Source of the DNA: a virus
IMG/VR virus record: IMGVR_UViG_3300026484_000065
Location: 9,471-73,470 of that record
Strand: one strand, 5' to 3'
Length of the DNA: 64,000 nucleotides
The notes under the pieces are model-generated. The model worked only from the letters and a program-made list of their open reading frames with translations. It did not search any database and had not been told where the DNA came from. A program made the translations under genes and the position numbers. Shown here one piece after another: positions 20,470 to 29,886 of the stretch. Positions within the stretch are counted from its first letter, which is position 1; the number at the start of each line of letters is the position of its first letter.

Positions 20470-20660
20470 AATGCTTCACACAATTCACTTGGTTCAAAGT
20501 ACCAACCATATGCATTTAATTGTTTATGCAATCTCTTAATATCTTCAACTACAGTTAAAGCATTAAGCTCTTCCAGAGCAAATCCAAGTTCACCACGAAG
20601 ACGTTTCTCGTAATCATATTCTTGTTTTACTTGGTACTCTTTTTCTTCTTTACAATCCAT
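20454..20660 (-). CDS. hypothetical protein
   Basis: 68-aa ORF with GGAG RBS. Confidence 0.6.
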   Translation of the reverse strand: MDCKEEKEYQVKQEYDYEKRLRGELGFALEELNALTVVEDIKRLHKQLNAYGWYFEPSELCEALWELG

Positions 20661-21021
20661 TTGAATTCTCCTTGTCTGCTACATTTAATAGAAATAACAA
20701 CTTGTTTCTATCCATACCACTTAGTTTGTCAGCAATGTCTTTAGCATCTTGTCTATTTGCACTTTCTCGGACATTAAGTAGGCAAAGAAAACATCTACTA
20801 TCTTCGCAAGTAGCATTAAAGCATGATACTCTATCGTCTATAAACAATGAAGCAATTCCGATTTCTACCTTACTATTTTTCATTGGAACAAGCAATCTGT
20901 TTTGTGCTTCCTCTGTAAACCTTAGATGAAGATGTCTATTATTCTTCTGCAACAAAATGCCGTTTATTAGACCATTATTATTTTTTACTGGTTTTATATC
21001 AAACCCATCCACTTGCAACAT
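20650..21021 (-). CDS. hypothetical Cys-motif protein
   Basis: 123 aa, AAGGAG RBS, SCFNATCEDSRCFLC. Confidence 0.65.
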   Translation of the reverse strand: MLQVDGFDIKPVKNNNGLINGILLQKNNRHLHLRFTEEAQNRLLVPMKNSKVEIGIASLFIDDRVSCFNATCEDSRCFLCLLNVRESANRQDAKDIADKLSGMDRNKLLFLLNVADKENSNGL

Positions 21022-21049
21022 TCTTTACTCCTTAATATTGTGTTGACAC

Positions 21050-21357
21050 AAGATGCCTTACTAGAGAAGTATAAGCTACTAATATAAATTATCTTAGTTG
21101 TAAATTATGAAAATAATTACATTTATATTCAGCAAGAGTGTTCATCATATAGGATTTTGGTTGAATAAATAGTTGCCTCAAAAACTTTTAAGAAAGGAGC
21201 TTTGTTTTCTAAGACCGTACACATAACAAAATTGAAAAGGTAAAAAAATTATATGATTATTTTAATTACCTATATGATTACTAACCCAAATGAAAACTCT
21301 TTTTATTCTTATTAGGAATATTATATTTTCACTTATACTTCTCAAATAAGACATCTT
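21050..21357 (-). ncRNA. putative ~310-nt structured RNA / fold-back element
   Basis: 26-nt terminal inverted repeat (21050-21075/21332-21357, 23/26 match, two mismatches are G-U on the minus strand); inner pairs aagagt.ttcat/atgaa.actctt and catatagg/cctatatg. Confidence 0.5.
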
Positions 21358-21365
21358 TATATGTC

Positions 21366-21605
21366 TCACATGTGTTTTAAAACTATTTTAGGTAATACTT
21401 TAGCTTCAGCTTTAAATTTGCACGCCATTATGTCTTTGTACTTTGAGCACGCAAGTATATTTAGTACCAACCTATGTATAGTTGTATCTGATAGAAAACC
21501 AAACTTTAACTCAGTAAAAAACAAATTGTTGTAATACTTTATTAATTTTTTGTATTTTCTATATGTCATATACTTTACGTATAAACGCTTTAACTTGTTA
21601 AACAT
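21366..21605 (-). CDS. hypothetical protein
   Basis: 79-aa ORF with AAGGA RBS. Confidence 0.55.
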   Translation of the reverse strand: MFNKLKRLYVKYMTYRKYKKLIKYYNNLFFTELKFGFLSDTTIHRLVLNILACSKYKDIMACKFKAEAKVLPKIVLKHM

Positions 21606-21893
21606 ATAAATTCCTTTGTAGATTTAATTAATGCCTTCTGTGGTACTTATAATGTCATATGCAATAGCTCGTCAATACTGCACATGTAAAAGATTATACT
21701 GTCAAAAATAAGGAAAATACTATGTCAAAAAAATTCACATCTAAAGGTCGCATGAAAAAAAAATGTAAATATAAAGCAACACAGAAGGACTTACATAACC
21801 AAGCTATAAGCTATAGGGAAATATAGTGGCAACAAATAAAAACTATAGCTTTGTAACTCTTAAGCAGTTTAATGACGTACTTAGGTCAAACAT

Positions 21894-22337
21894 CTATGAA
21901 ACTAATTCATCTACAGCTTTATCTATATTAGATATTAGGTTTTTAGCTACAAGTCTTGTATCTTCAATAGCTTGTTTTGGTACTGCCTCATTATGAAGCT
22001 TAGTTGATGCAGCTAGAAATATATCTATCTCTTTTTGATTGAATATATCTTCTGTATCGAGTGCCAAACATTCAATCAATTCACCTGCAGCTAACATTAA
22101 AGATTCATCTTTCTCTTTAAAACTAACACTATCTTTCCATAATCTATTAGTTAATTCTTGCAACTCTTTATATTCTGTACCTAGCACATTAACAATATCA
22201 TTATCATTCATGCTTGTTGTAAGCTGTTTAGCTTTGATATATGAACCTTTTGTTTTATATTTCTTGCTTACCATATCATCTAATATAAATAGTATATAGG
22301 TTGAATATAGTACTCTCTTTAACTGCTTACTTCTCAT
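21894..22337 (-). CDS. hypothetical protein
   Basis: 147-aa ORF with GGAG RBS. Confidence 0.7.
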   Translation of the reverse strand: MRSKQLKRVLYSTYILFILDDMVSKKYKTKGSYIKAKQLTTSMNDNDIVNVLGTEYKELQELTNRLWKDSVSFKEKDESLMLAAGELIECLALDTEDIFNQKEIDIFLAASTKLHNEAVPKQAIEDTRLVAKNLISNIDKAVDELVS

Positions 22338-22341
22338 CTCC

Positions 22342-22749
22342 TTACTCCTTAATACTTTTCTCTGCTTTTAATATGAAATAATATTTATTTAATGGAATTG
22401 TATTTAGTATGTCTCTTAGCTCTCTCACGTTTTGTTCTTCTTTGTAAATAGCACTACTGAGAAGACACACATCTCTAACTACTCCTGCACATACCATATT
22501 GACGCATTCTAGTTTATTGCTCAATTTGTCTTTAATGATTATATCTGAGTACCTTGTATCTAAAAGTCTTTTAATCTTAAAAGGATTATATTCTTCAGCG
22601 ATTGGTATTCCTATATAATTTAAGTCTTTTCTATTCCCTAACCAAAGTATTATCACCTCTACCCCATCCACTTCTTCTAAAACAATATTTATATTATCTT
22701 TCAGCAACATCTCCTTGCCCATCATAAATTCCTTTTGAATCCTTGACAT
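22342..22749 (-). CDS. hypothetical Cys-motif protein (start probably at MMGKEM, ~22725)
   Basis: LECVNMVCAGVVRDVC; AAGGA RBS within the upstream gene. Confidence 0.6.
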   Translation of the reverse strand: MSRIQKEFMMGKEMLLKDNINIVLEEVDGVEVIILWLGNRKDLNYIGIPIAEEYNPFKIKRLLDTRYSDIIIKDKLSNKLECVNMVCAGVVRDVCLLSSAIYKEEQNVRELRDILNTIPLNKYYFILKAEKSIKE

Positions 22750-23060
22750 CCAATAACAGCACCATCTTTATCTCTAATAACATTGCCTGGACATACAATA
22801 TCATCTCTTTTGTCTTGTAGGTACTTCATTACCAATGCAGAGACTATATAAATGGTTCCTTCTTCTTTTTCAGGCATATTCACTATTAATTTTAATTTAG
22901 ATTCATATACCCCTATGCCTAGATTATTTAATGGATGTTCTACTATTTCATTAGATTCCATGATTGCTCTTGCAACCTTTCCAGATTGCTGGAATCTAAG
23001 TCCTGTATTTACATCATGTACTTCATGAGGTGTTACATTTACTATTTTAACTTTACCCAT
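22722..23060 (-). CDS. conserved phage protein of the N[LV]TPH family
   Basis: IVNVTPHEV, MPEKEEGTIYIVSALV, RDDIVCPG, IRDKDGAVIGC. Confidence 0.75.
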   Translation of the reverse strand: MGKVKIVNVTPHEVHDVNTGLRFQQSGKVARAIMESNEIVEHPLNNLGIGVYESKLKLIVNMPEKEEGTIYIVSALVMKYLQDKRDDIVCPGNVIRDKDGAVIGCQGFKRNL

Positions 23061-23062
23061 AT

Positions 23063-23416
23063 CTACTCCTTTAATCTATAGATATACTTTATGGCTTCTT
23101 CTAGATTATCAAATGATTTCTTTGCTTTAACTAGTAAAGTACCCTTAATGCCTTTAACTCTATAACCGACACTATCTTTATTTAGTACCACATCTAATCT
23201 AACCCCATGATTAAAGTAAGCATATCCATCAATAACAATATTAACTGTCTTAGCTTTCTTTACTAATGTTGATTGTTTGGTACTATGTAGTTCACCTTTA
23301 ATCTTCTTGATGAGATTATATTGTTGCATTCCAACGACTGTTTGAACAACTACCTTACCTTTGTTATCAAGTAAATCATATATCTCATAAACTTTCTCTT
23401 CTCCTATCTTGAACAT
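23063..23416 (-). CDS. hypothetical protein
   Basis: 117-aa ORF with AAGGAG RBS. Confidence 0.7.
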   Translation of the reverse strand: MFKIGEEKVYEIYDLLDNKGKVVVQTVVGMQQYNLIKKIKGELHSTKQSTLVKKAKTVNIVIDGYAYFNHGVRLDVVLNKDSVGYRVKGIKGTLLVKAKKSFDNLEEAIKYIYRLKE

Positions 23417-23431
23417 ATTTACTCCTTAATA

Positions 23432-23581
23432 TTATTTAGCTAGTCTCTTTTTTAATCTTCTAAATTCTCTACTTAATAAGAATAACTTTGTATTGGTACT
23501 CTCTAATTTATATTTAGTTAGTACCCAACCTAATAATGTAACCAAATTAGTTACAACTAATACCTCATCTATTAATGTCAT
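23432..23581 (-). CDS. small membrane-anchored protein, 49 aa (not in ORF track)
   Basis: MTLIDEVLVVTNLVTLLGWVLTKYKLE...RLKKRLAK; GGAG RBS; fills the gap exactly. Confidence 0.6.
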   Translation of the reverse strand: MTLIDEVLVVTNLVTLLGWVLTKYKLESTNTKLFLLSREFRRLKKRLAK

Positions 23582-24025
23582 CTATTTCTCCTTTTGTGCA
23601 TATAATTTAATCATAAACAATAGCTTGCCTATTAATTCATCTGTAGCCCAGCTACGGTTGTTTTTATTATCTCCTATACACATTTCGCACGTAATGCCGC
23701 TACATGCTAAATAAACATCCGACACCTCATAAGATATATTGCATAACGGAATGTCTTTGTATATTTTTTCAATCTTGTCAATGGCTGTATAGATATCTTC
23801 AGAAACATATAGAATGGGTGCTTTCTTTTTAAAATTACTGCTTTCCGCTAACAATCGCATTATTGCATTTTCTATATCTTTTGCTTCGGAAAAAAAATCA
23901 TCTTTTGGAATTTCATCTGCTTCTACCTGAACAACAATAAGACCATAATCATTTAATATTTCTATAGTATAGATTTTTTCCACTTTGTCTATGTCTATAT
24001 CACTTGCGTCTATTTCTTCAATCAT
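23582..24025 (-). CDS. hypothetical Cys-motif protein
   Basis: 147 aa; LACSGITCEMC. Confidence 0.65.
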   Translation of the reverse strand: MIEEIDASDIDIDKVEKIYTIEILNDYGLIVVQVEADEIPKDDFFSEAKDIENAIMRLLAESSNFKKKAPILYVSEDIYTAIDKIEKIYKDIPLCNISYEVSDVYLACSGITCEMCIGDNKNNRSWATDELIGKLLFMIKLYAQKEK

Positions 24026-24331
24026 CTAGTTCCCCTTTAGTTTTTCCTCTATAACATCTAATTCTTTTAATGTCTTATTGAATAGATTAATTCTATGGAC
24101 AACACTTCCACTTCTATCTGATTTATATAATTTGTCAAGATAGAACTCCACAGCTTCTCTTATAAGCTTTGTGTCCAATATTCTTAAGGCTCTTGTGTAC
24201 CCATTTTTATCTACAATTGTTTTGTATTTTGGTTCTAAATGATTAAGATAGTTATAGTCATATCTAAGCAACTTATTAAATAGAACTTCCTTTAACCCTT
24301 TATCTCTAAAATCCTGTCTTGTGAATTCCAT
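24026..24331 (-). CDS. hypothetical protein
   Basis: 101-aa ORF with AAGGAG RBS. Confidence 0.7.
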   Translation of the reverse strand: MEFTRQDFRDKGLKEVLFNKLLRYDYNYLNHLEPKYKTIVDKNGYTRALRILDTKLIREAVEFYLDKLYKSDRSGSVVHRINLFNKTLKELDVIEEKLKGN

Positions 24332-24423
24332 TCTCTACTCCTTAAAATTTGTACCAACATATACATAAAGATATATAAGTTATATTGGTACTGTTTGACT
24401 TTATTAAACCATCTCTTTACTCA

Positions 24424-25158
24424 TCATCTTCGACGGAATTTAAAATTGGCCAGATCGCCAAGCATATTTAATAATAAAAGATCATTTGTTAAACCAAGTG
24501 ATTTTCTTGTATTTAACTGTTCGTAGAACCAATCTTTTCCTGCTTGTGTTTTTATCTTTGCATTTACATCGTATCCATATTCTTCTTTTGGCTTCTTGAC
24601 TTTCTCTTCCAGTCTTTTAAGATGTGCATATACAGCAGATACTTTAGAAGATGCAACCTCTTTTCCATCTTTGTTCACTATCTCTACAGCCATACCGTCA
24701 AATAAAGCCTGTGCAATGAATTTATCATGTTCCCAGATATATTTAGCATTTTTAAACAAGCCTTCGCTTATGGACCAGCTAGCAGCTATATCAGATGCTT
24801 TTCTGTTATCTATCTTGTCTATTTTTGATTTTGCACCAGACATTGCTTTTTGAGTTATAGTAAGATTTCTTCTTGTGTTTACTGATTTAACAAAAGCAAT
24901 AACTTCTTTTTCTGTTAAGTCCTCATCTAATTCCTTATAATCTATTGACCATCCAAGAGATTCGAGTGCTTTTAATCTACATCTACCATCTACGACTTTC
25001 CCTCTCCACAGAACTATAGGTTCTCTTTGTTGGTTCAATCTTATATCTTCTGTTAATGCAGCCTGTTCTTCTGGTGTAGCCATAGGAACTAATCCTGCAA
25101 GTTCGTGGTTTATAATGAACTTTTCTTCATTTGGCAATCTCTTTTTTATAATATTCAT
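24424..25158 (-). CDS. ParB N-terminal domain protein (copy 2)
   Basis: HELAGLVPM, LTEDIRLNQQREPIVLWRGKVVDGRCRLKAL, NTRRNLTITQKAM. Confidence 0.88.
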   Translation of the reverse strand: MNIIKKRLPNEEKFIINHELAGLVPMATPEEQAALTEDIRLNQQREPIVLWRGKVVDGRCRLKALESLGWSIDYKELDEDLTEKEVIAFVKSVNTRRNLTITQKAMSGAKSKIDKIDNRKASDIAASWSISEGLFKNAKYIWEHDKFIAQALFDGMAVEIVNKDGKEVASSKVSAVYAHLKRLEEKVKKPKEEYGYDVNAKIKTQAGKDWFYEQLNTRKSLGLTNDLLLLNMLGDLANFKFRRR

Positions 25159-25207
25159 TAAAAAGATCCTTTTTTGTTTGTTTTTATAACAAAAACTATA
25201 TAGTTTT

Positions 25208-25367
25208 ATGTCTTAACATCATCTTAATCTCCAGAAAAACTAGACATTTTTAAGATATACGTAAGTCTAATTAGACAAAAATGTCTAATTTTTTTAATAT
25301 TTTTTTTGATTTCTAAGTATGTCAGACAAAACATACTTTATATATTTCTATTATGTTTTGTCCGATT
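25208..25367. repeat. cluster of TAGACA/TGTCTA-type half sites and palindromes upstream of ParB copy 2
   Basis: gtctaattagac (25265-25276), aattagacaaaaatgtctaatt (25269-25290), ctagacat, tgtcagacaaaa, ttttgtccga. Confidence 0.55.
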
Positions 25368-25423
25368 TAGTATTTCTTAATCAAAACTTAAACCATCTCT
25401 CTCTTCTTCTCTACCCCTCTTCG

Positions 25424-25563
25424 TGGAGCTGGTTCCAGTGCGAGCGCACGGAAGAAACAAAGACAAGTCACAAGCCTTGTCTGCGTAGCAGAAAAAATCC
25501 GTAGGATTTTTGGTTGGGAGCTTGTCTTTTTTCTGAGTACGATTGCTCTGGATAAAGTTCCAC
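25424..25563 (+). other. Y-shaped fold-back with two GTA triloops
   Basis: gtggagct/agttccac, tccag/ctgga, aaagacaag/cttgtcttt; arms tctgc-GTA-gcaga and aaaaatcc-GTA-ggattttt. Confidence 0.8.
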
Positions 25564-25595
25564 AGAAAGAAATGACTTTAGATTGAAAAACCTTT

Positions 25596-25784
25596 TTATT
25601 CCTCGCTTGAAATAGAACCTAAATAAAACAACATTAAATCAGCTCCTAAATTTATATGCACAAGAAAAATACGGATAGCATTATCTCTGTGATACATAAG
25701 AGTATCTATTGCAAATAAATGAGCTAATATAAAAAATGTTGCAAGAACAACAAATATCCATATGGAGTAGCTTTCCATTTTCAT
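25596..25784 (-). CDS. small two-TM membrane protein
   Basis: 62 aa, two hydrophobic stretches, GGGG RBS. Confidence 0.55.
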   Translation of the reverse strand: MKMESYSIWIFVVLATFFILAHLFAIDTLMYHRDNAIRIFLVHINLGADLMLFYLGSISSEE

Positions 25785-25942
25785 TTTATTTCCCCTATAT
25801 AAATTTTTATCTCCAATACATCTAAATGTACCAATAAAGATATATCTTCATGATTTGATACCTTAGAATTAATTCTATAACCTATCAATTAGTACCAACA
25901 ATATCATTCTATAAAGAGTAGTTATGTTTGGTACTCAATCAA

Positions 25943-26728
25943 TTATAATTTAGTTCTGGTATCATCAAGTCTAGTTCTTATTAAATCCATAAGCCAATCA
26001 ATATCATCAACAAACATTTTTACGAATTTATTGTCAAATCCATGTTTGTGAAATATGTACCCAGCAAGAAGTTTGTAGGTATATCTATATAGCTCTTTCT
26101 TTTCAATTTGTTTTGCTTGAACCAAATCTCGAACATAATAGAAGATTATTTCATTTACAATAACTATATTGCTAATTTCATCACCTGTATTATAAAACAT
26201 CAATTTATCGTGATACTCTTTATGAGGACTATAATACATATCATAAATTATTTGCGGTTCTTTTATCTTATTGCTAAATACCAATAAATCTTCTATAGCT
26301 TTAGTTTCCCATCTATCAATCAAATTTGTAATATTATCTATGCCAATATTATCTATGCTCTGTAGAGTACTAGTATCAAACTCATAGTCAAGTAGTTTTA
26401 AATAAATATCATACAGAACATCTCTTGGCACATAATTCTCTCTCAGGAGCTTTATTTGGTCATCTGAAAGACTTTTATAATTCAATATAAATTTGTTATA
26501 CAAAACTATAAAATATCTAAAAAACTTTTTAGTTAAGAAATTTGTTTTCTTTATTTCATTTGTTCTTTTAAAAAGAGAATATATCCCTATAAATACATTA
26601 GCTTGGATTTTATAATCTCCATATTTGTATCTAAAAGAATATAATTCATCCGCCATAATCTCAAAATCTTTTATCGCTTCCATCTCATCAACTTTTGCTA
26701 CAAAAGATAATAACTGTATTCCATTCAT
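25943..26728 (-). CDS. hypothetical protein, tandem paralog A
   Basis: Shares DLLVFSNKIKEPQIIYDMYY and YTYKLLAGY with 26934..27698. Confidence 0.8.
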   Translation of the reverse strand: MNGIQLLSFVAKVDEMEAIKDFEIMADELYSFRYKYGDYKIQANVFIGIYSLFKRTNEIKKTNFLTKKFFRYFIVLYNKFILNYKSLSDDQIKLLRENYVPRDVLYDIYLKLLDYEFDTSTLQSIDNIGIDNITNLIDRWETKAIEDLLVFSNKIKEPQIIYDMYYSPHKEYHDKLMFYNTGDEISNIVIVNEIIFYYVRDLVQAKQIEKKELYRYTYKLLAGYIFHKHGFDNKFVKMFVDDIDWLMDLIRTRLDDTRTKL

Positions 26729-26933
26729 AATCTACTCCTTTGGATTGTTTGTTTGGTACTTAATTAGAATAACCCATATCTTCTCTACAAGAGAACTTTG
26801 TACCAATACAATAAAAACATATGTATAGAGATATATCTTTGCTGTTTTGATACTTAAGAATTAATTTAATAAGGTATAGATAATCTAGTACCAAACAATA
26901 CAGATAGGTTAGTTTTGTTTGGTACTAGATTAA

Positions 26934-27698
26934 TTATAATTTATTTTTGATTTCTTCAAAAGCACTTTTGATTAGATTCATAAGCTCATTAATATCGCCA
27001 ACAAACATTTTTACAAGCTCATTATCAAACTTATATTTGTAAAATACATATCCTGCAAGAAGCTTGTAGGTATATTCATAGAATTCTGGCTCTCTTAATT
27101 GATTGGTTTTAATTAGGTTTGAAGCATAATTGAATATTATTTCATTTACAATAACTACATTCATAAACTCATTTGTTGTATCGTAAAACACTCCTTTGCA
27201 ATGTCTTTTATTTTTGCCGTAGTACATATCATAAATAATTTGCGGTTCTTTTATTTTGTTACTAAATACCAATAAATCTTTTATGTTTCCGCCTTCTCTC
27301 TTGTCGATTAACTTTACAACATCATTTAAATTCTGCACAGCATACATATTAAGTTCGTGCCCAAGTTCTAAATAAATATCATATATAATATCTCTTGATA
27401 CATAATTCTCTTTTAAGAGCTTTATTTGTTCATCTGTAATGTTTTTATAATTCATTAAGAACACATCATACAAGACTGTAAAAGTTGTAGAGAATTCTTC
27501 ATTTAAAAGCTCTATTTCTTTTATCTCTTTTGATTTTTTGATGACAGAATATATTCCTATAAGTATATTGAATTTAGCATGTTCATCATAATTTTGATAC
27601 TTGGAGTAATTTAACTTTTTCAAGATGTGCCCTAATTCTACTCTTGTTCTGGTGTGACGAACGCCTTCCAGGAAAGACATTAGCTGTAGTTCATTCAT
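26934..27698 (-). CDS. hypothetical protein, tandem paralog B
   Basis: Paralog of 25943..26728; AAGGA RBS. Confidence 0.8.
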   Translation of the reverse strand: MNELQLMSFLEGVRHTRTRVELGHILKKLNYSKYQNYDEHAKFNILIGIYSVIKKSKEIKEIELLNEEFSTTFTVLYDVFLMNYKNITDEQIKLLKENYVSRDIIYDIYLELGHELNMYAVQNLNDVVKLIDKREGGNIKDLLVFSNKIKEPQIIYDMYYGKNKRHCKGVFYDTTNEFMNVVIVNEIIFNYASNLIKTNQLREPEFYEYTYKLLAGYVFYKYKFDNELVKMFVGDINELMNLIKSAFEEIKNKL

Positions 27699-27758
27699 TG
27701 CATAGTCCTTGTGTATTTTTTTTAAAAGAATTAATAAGATAATTTTTCTTTTTTTTTG

Positions 27759-27900
27759 TTGTTATAGCTTTTCACCGCCATTCGCTCCGTTGCGTTTGGT
27801 ACTCTTTTGATGGCTATTCGCTTCGCTCATTAAACGCCACCCTTCGGGCAGGTCAAAAAGTACCAATCCCCGACTCACTCATTTGTGAACGCTATAACAA
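27759..27900 (-). other. branched fold-back structure, opposite orientation to those at 3536 and 25424
   Basis: ttgttatagc/gctataacaa, ttcac/gtgaa, ttggtact..ttttga/tcaaaa.agtaccaa; cttcg/gctccg on + (CGAAG/CGGAGC on -). Confidence 0.6.
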
Positions 27901-27927
27901 AAAAGGGAGTAAGAGAGAGCAGAGAGA

Positions 27928-29886
27928 TTAATTCAGCTTAGGTAGCTTTGATTTCAAATAATCCCAATATCTATCATAGAAATCAGCACCATGATTAAAC
28001 AGAGTGTTAAAATTATCTCTGGTTAAGCTCTTCCATTCATTCCATGTTTTTTTTGCATATCCTATCCTTAGGTATTCATCTAGCTCTGTAACTAATATTC
28101 CATTATATAGATATTCACTAAAGTATGTTTTATCTTGTCTGCATATGTCATCTATGTATGCAGGAGTTACAAAATAAGCACCATCAGAAAGAAAAGCATT
28201 ACCAGTTACTTTTATGTACGCACTATTATTTTCTAGCTGATTGTATACACCCACGTTGTCTCTTAATATTGCATTGCCATCAACTATAGAATTTCTGTAT
28301 ACATAAACTTTATTATGTAGTTCTGCATTACCTAAGACAATTCCGTTGTATCTAATTGTTGGGTAATTTGCTCCATCACCAGTAACTATTGCATTCCCAC
28401 CTATCAAGGCATTGTCTTGCAGATAACAACTTCCCTCCAAGTATGCGTGCTCTGAAACTGTTGCATTGTCCAATATATTTATTTTAAACCACTTTATGTT
28501 TCCGTTTATTCTTGCTAAATCTTTGACTGTTGAGCTTCCAGATATATAAAATCTTCCATTTAATATGACTTCGTCTTTTATTTTTGCATATTTGTTCACA
28601 ACAGAATATGTTTTATCAACACCTCTTATTCTAACTTTGTCTAGCACCATTGCATTGTCCTTCACTGAACAATAAGCTATATCTATGTATCTTCCTATGT
28701 GTGTTTTGGTACTGAGATAACATTTGTATACAGAGCCTTTAAAGTTGTTAAAGTACATACCTGCTTTACGATAAGAATAAACGCTATACAAGACGCGAAC
28801 ATTGGAATCTGATACATTATATCCTGTTACAGAATCTTCAAGCTCAGAGTCGTCTATTGTTGTGTCTCTTATATTTATAATGTTATCTATATAGTCACTT
28901 TCGAGTGTGACAAATGACTTAAACTTGTTGTTTGAATTAACACGCAATGTGCACTCTTTAAAGACGCCGCTGGATATCTCAACTGTGTCATTGTTGATTG
29001 AATTGAATTGATACATATAAATTGGTTTATTAATATTGAATTCATCATCATCAATATTTTTATTTGTAACATTTTTCAATGTTGAACGTATTACTTGTAT
29101 AGCACATGTATCTATTGAGTCATTATCCATTAGTTTGAATTCTACATTGTCCAATGTTGAATTATCTATAGTACTTGTTGATAAACTACTATAAGAATTA
29201 TGAAACAACCAATAGCTACCAGAATTGTATTCTTTTGATGTATCTTCTTTTGAATAAACATGAAGTCTATTTGTTAATAGCTTACTATTTCTAATAGAAG
29301 AAGAATGTACGTATGAACTTGTTATTTTTGAATCAACTATTGTATCAGTTCTAAAGCATTCTATTCTTGTATCGCCATAAGCTTTTATGTTTTGGTACAC
29401 AACATTTTCTTCAATATTGTGAAAAAATAGTCCATTATCTCTTGAATATTTACCATCATCAAATGAATCGCTTATCAATTGTATATCTGTATCGTCACCA
29501 GATATTGTTACTTCATGTTCTCCGCTAAGTGTTACAATATAGCCATATCCATCATATTTGCCGTTGTCTTTGATTATTAATTTACAGTCACTATTGTTAC
29601 CATATAATTTTATATTGCCTGAGATAGCTGGAGCATCATCTATTTGGACATGATTGCCAATTATTGCATTATCAGATATTCTAGCATCTGAGTTTTTTAC
29701 TAAGCCATCAGGCCATACCCAACAAGTTCCATTATCTAAATCATTATCTAAACAGTCCTCTGATGCTATTAATCCACCGTCATCCCCTTCGTTTATTTGT
29801 GTGCCATCAATTAGTGTGAAATCAGTAGAAGCTGTTATTCTTAAATAATCACCCTCTTCCGATGTTGTATATTTTGTTGTAGCCAT
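27928..29886 (-). CDS. left-handed beta-helix (hexapeptide repeat, YdcK-like) protein
   Basis: N-terminal RITASTDF...GDDGGLIASEDCL...CWV; repeated DNAxI/GNAxL hexapeptides. Confidence 0.8.
   Translation of the reverse strand: MATTKYTTSEEGDYLRITASTDFTLIDGTQINEGDDGGLIASEDCLDNDLDNGTCWVWPDGLVKNSDARISDNAIIGNHVQIDDAPAISGNIKLYGNNSDCKLIIKDNGKYDGYGYIVTLSGEHEVTISGDDTDIQLISDSFDDGKYSRDNGLFFHNIEENVVYQNIKAYGDTRIECFRTDTIVDSKITSSYVHSSSIRNSKLLTNRLHVYSKEDTSKEYNSGSYWLFHNSYSSLSTSTIDNSTLDNVEFKLMDNDSIDTCAIQVIRSTLKNVTNKNIDDDEFNINKPIYMYQFNSINNDTVEISSGVFKECTLRVNSNNKFKSFVTLESDYIDNIINIRDTTIDDSELEDSVTGYNVSDSNVRVLYSVYSYRKAGMYFNNFKGSVYKCYLSTKTHIGRYIDIAYCSVKDNAMVLDKVRIRGVDKTYSVVNKYAKIKDEVILNGRFYISGSSTVKDLARINGNIKWFKINILDNATVSEHAYLEGSCYLQDNALIGGNAIVTGDGANYPTIRYNGIVLGNAELHNKVYVYRNSIVDGNAILRDNVGVYNQLENNSAYIKVTGNAFLSDGAYFVTPAYIDDICRQDKTYFSEYLYNGILVTELDEYLRIGYAKKTWNEWKSLTRDNFNTLFNHGADFYDRYWDYLKSKLPKLN

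Noticed and set aside
21722-21826. Plus-strand micro-ORF MSKKFTSKGRMKKK... with an AAGGA RBS
   Set aside because: Only 34 codons, opposite to the operon, no supporting motif; could be chance in A-rich sequence
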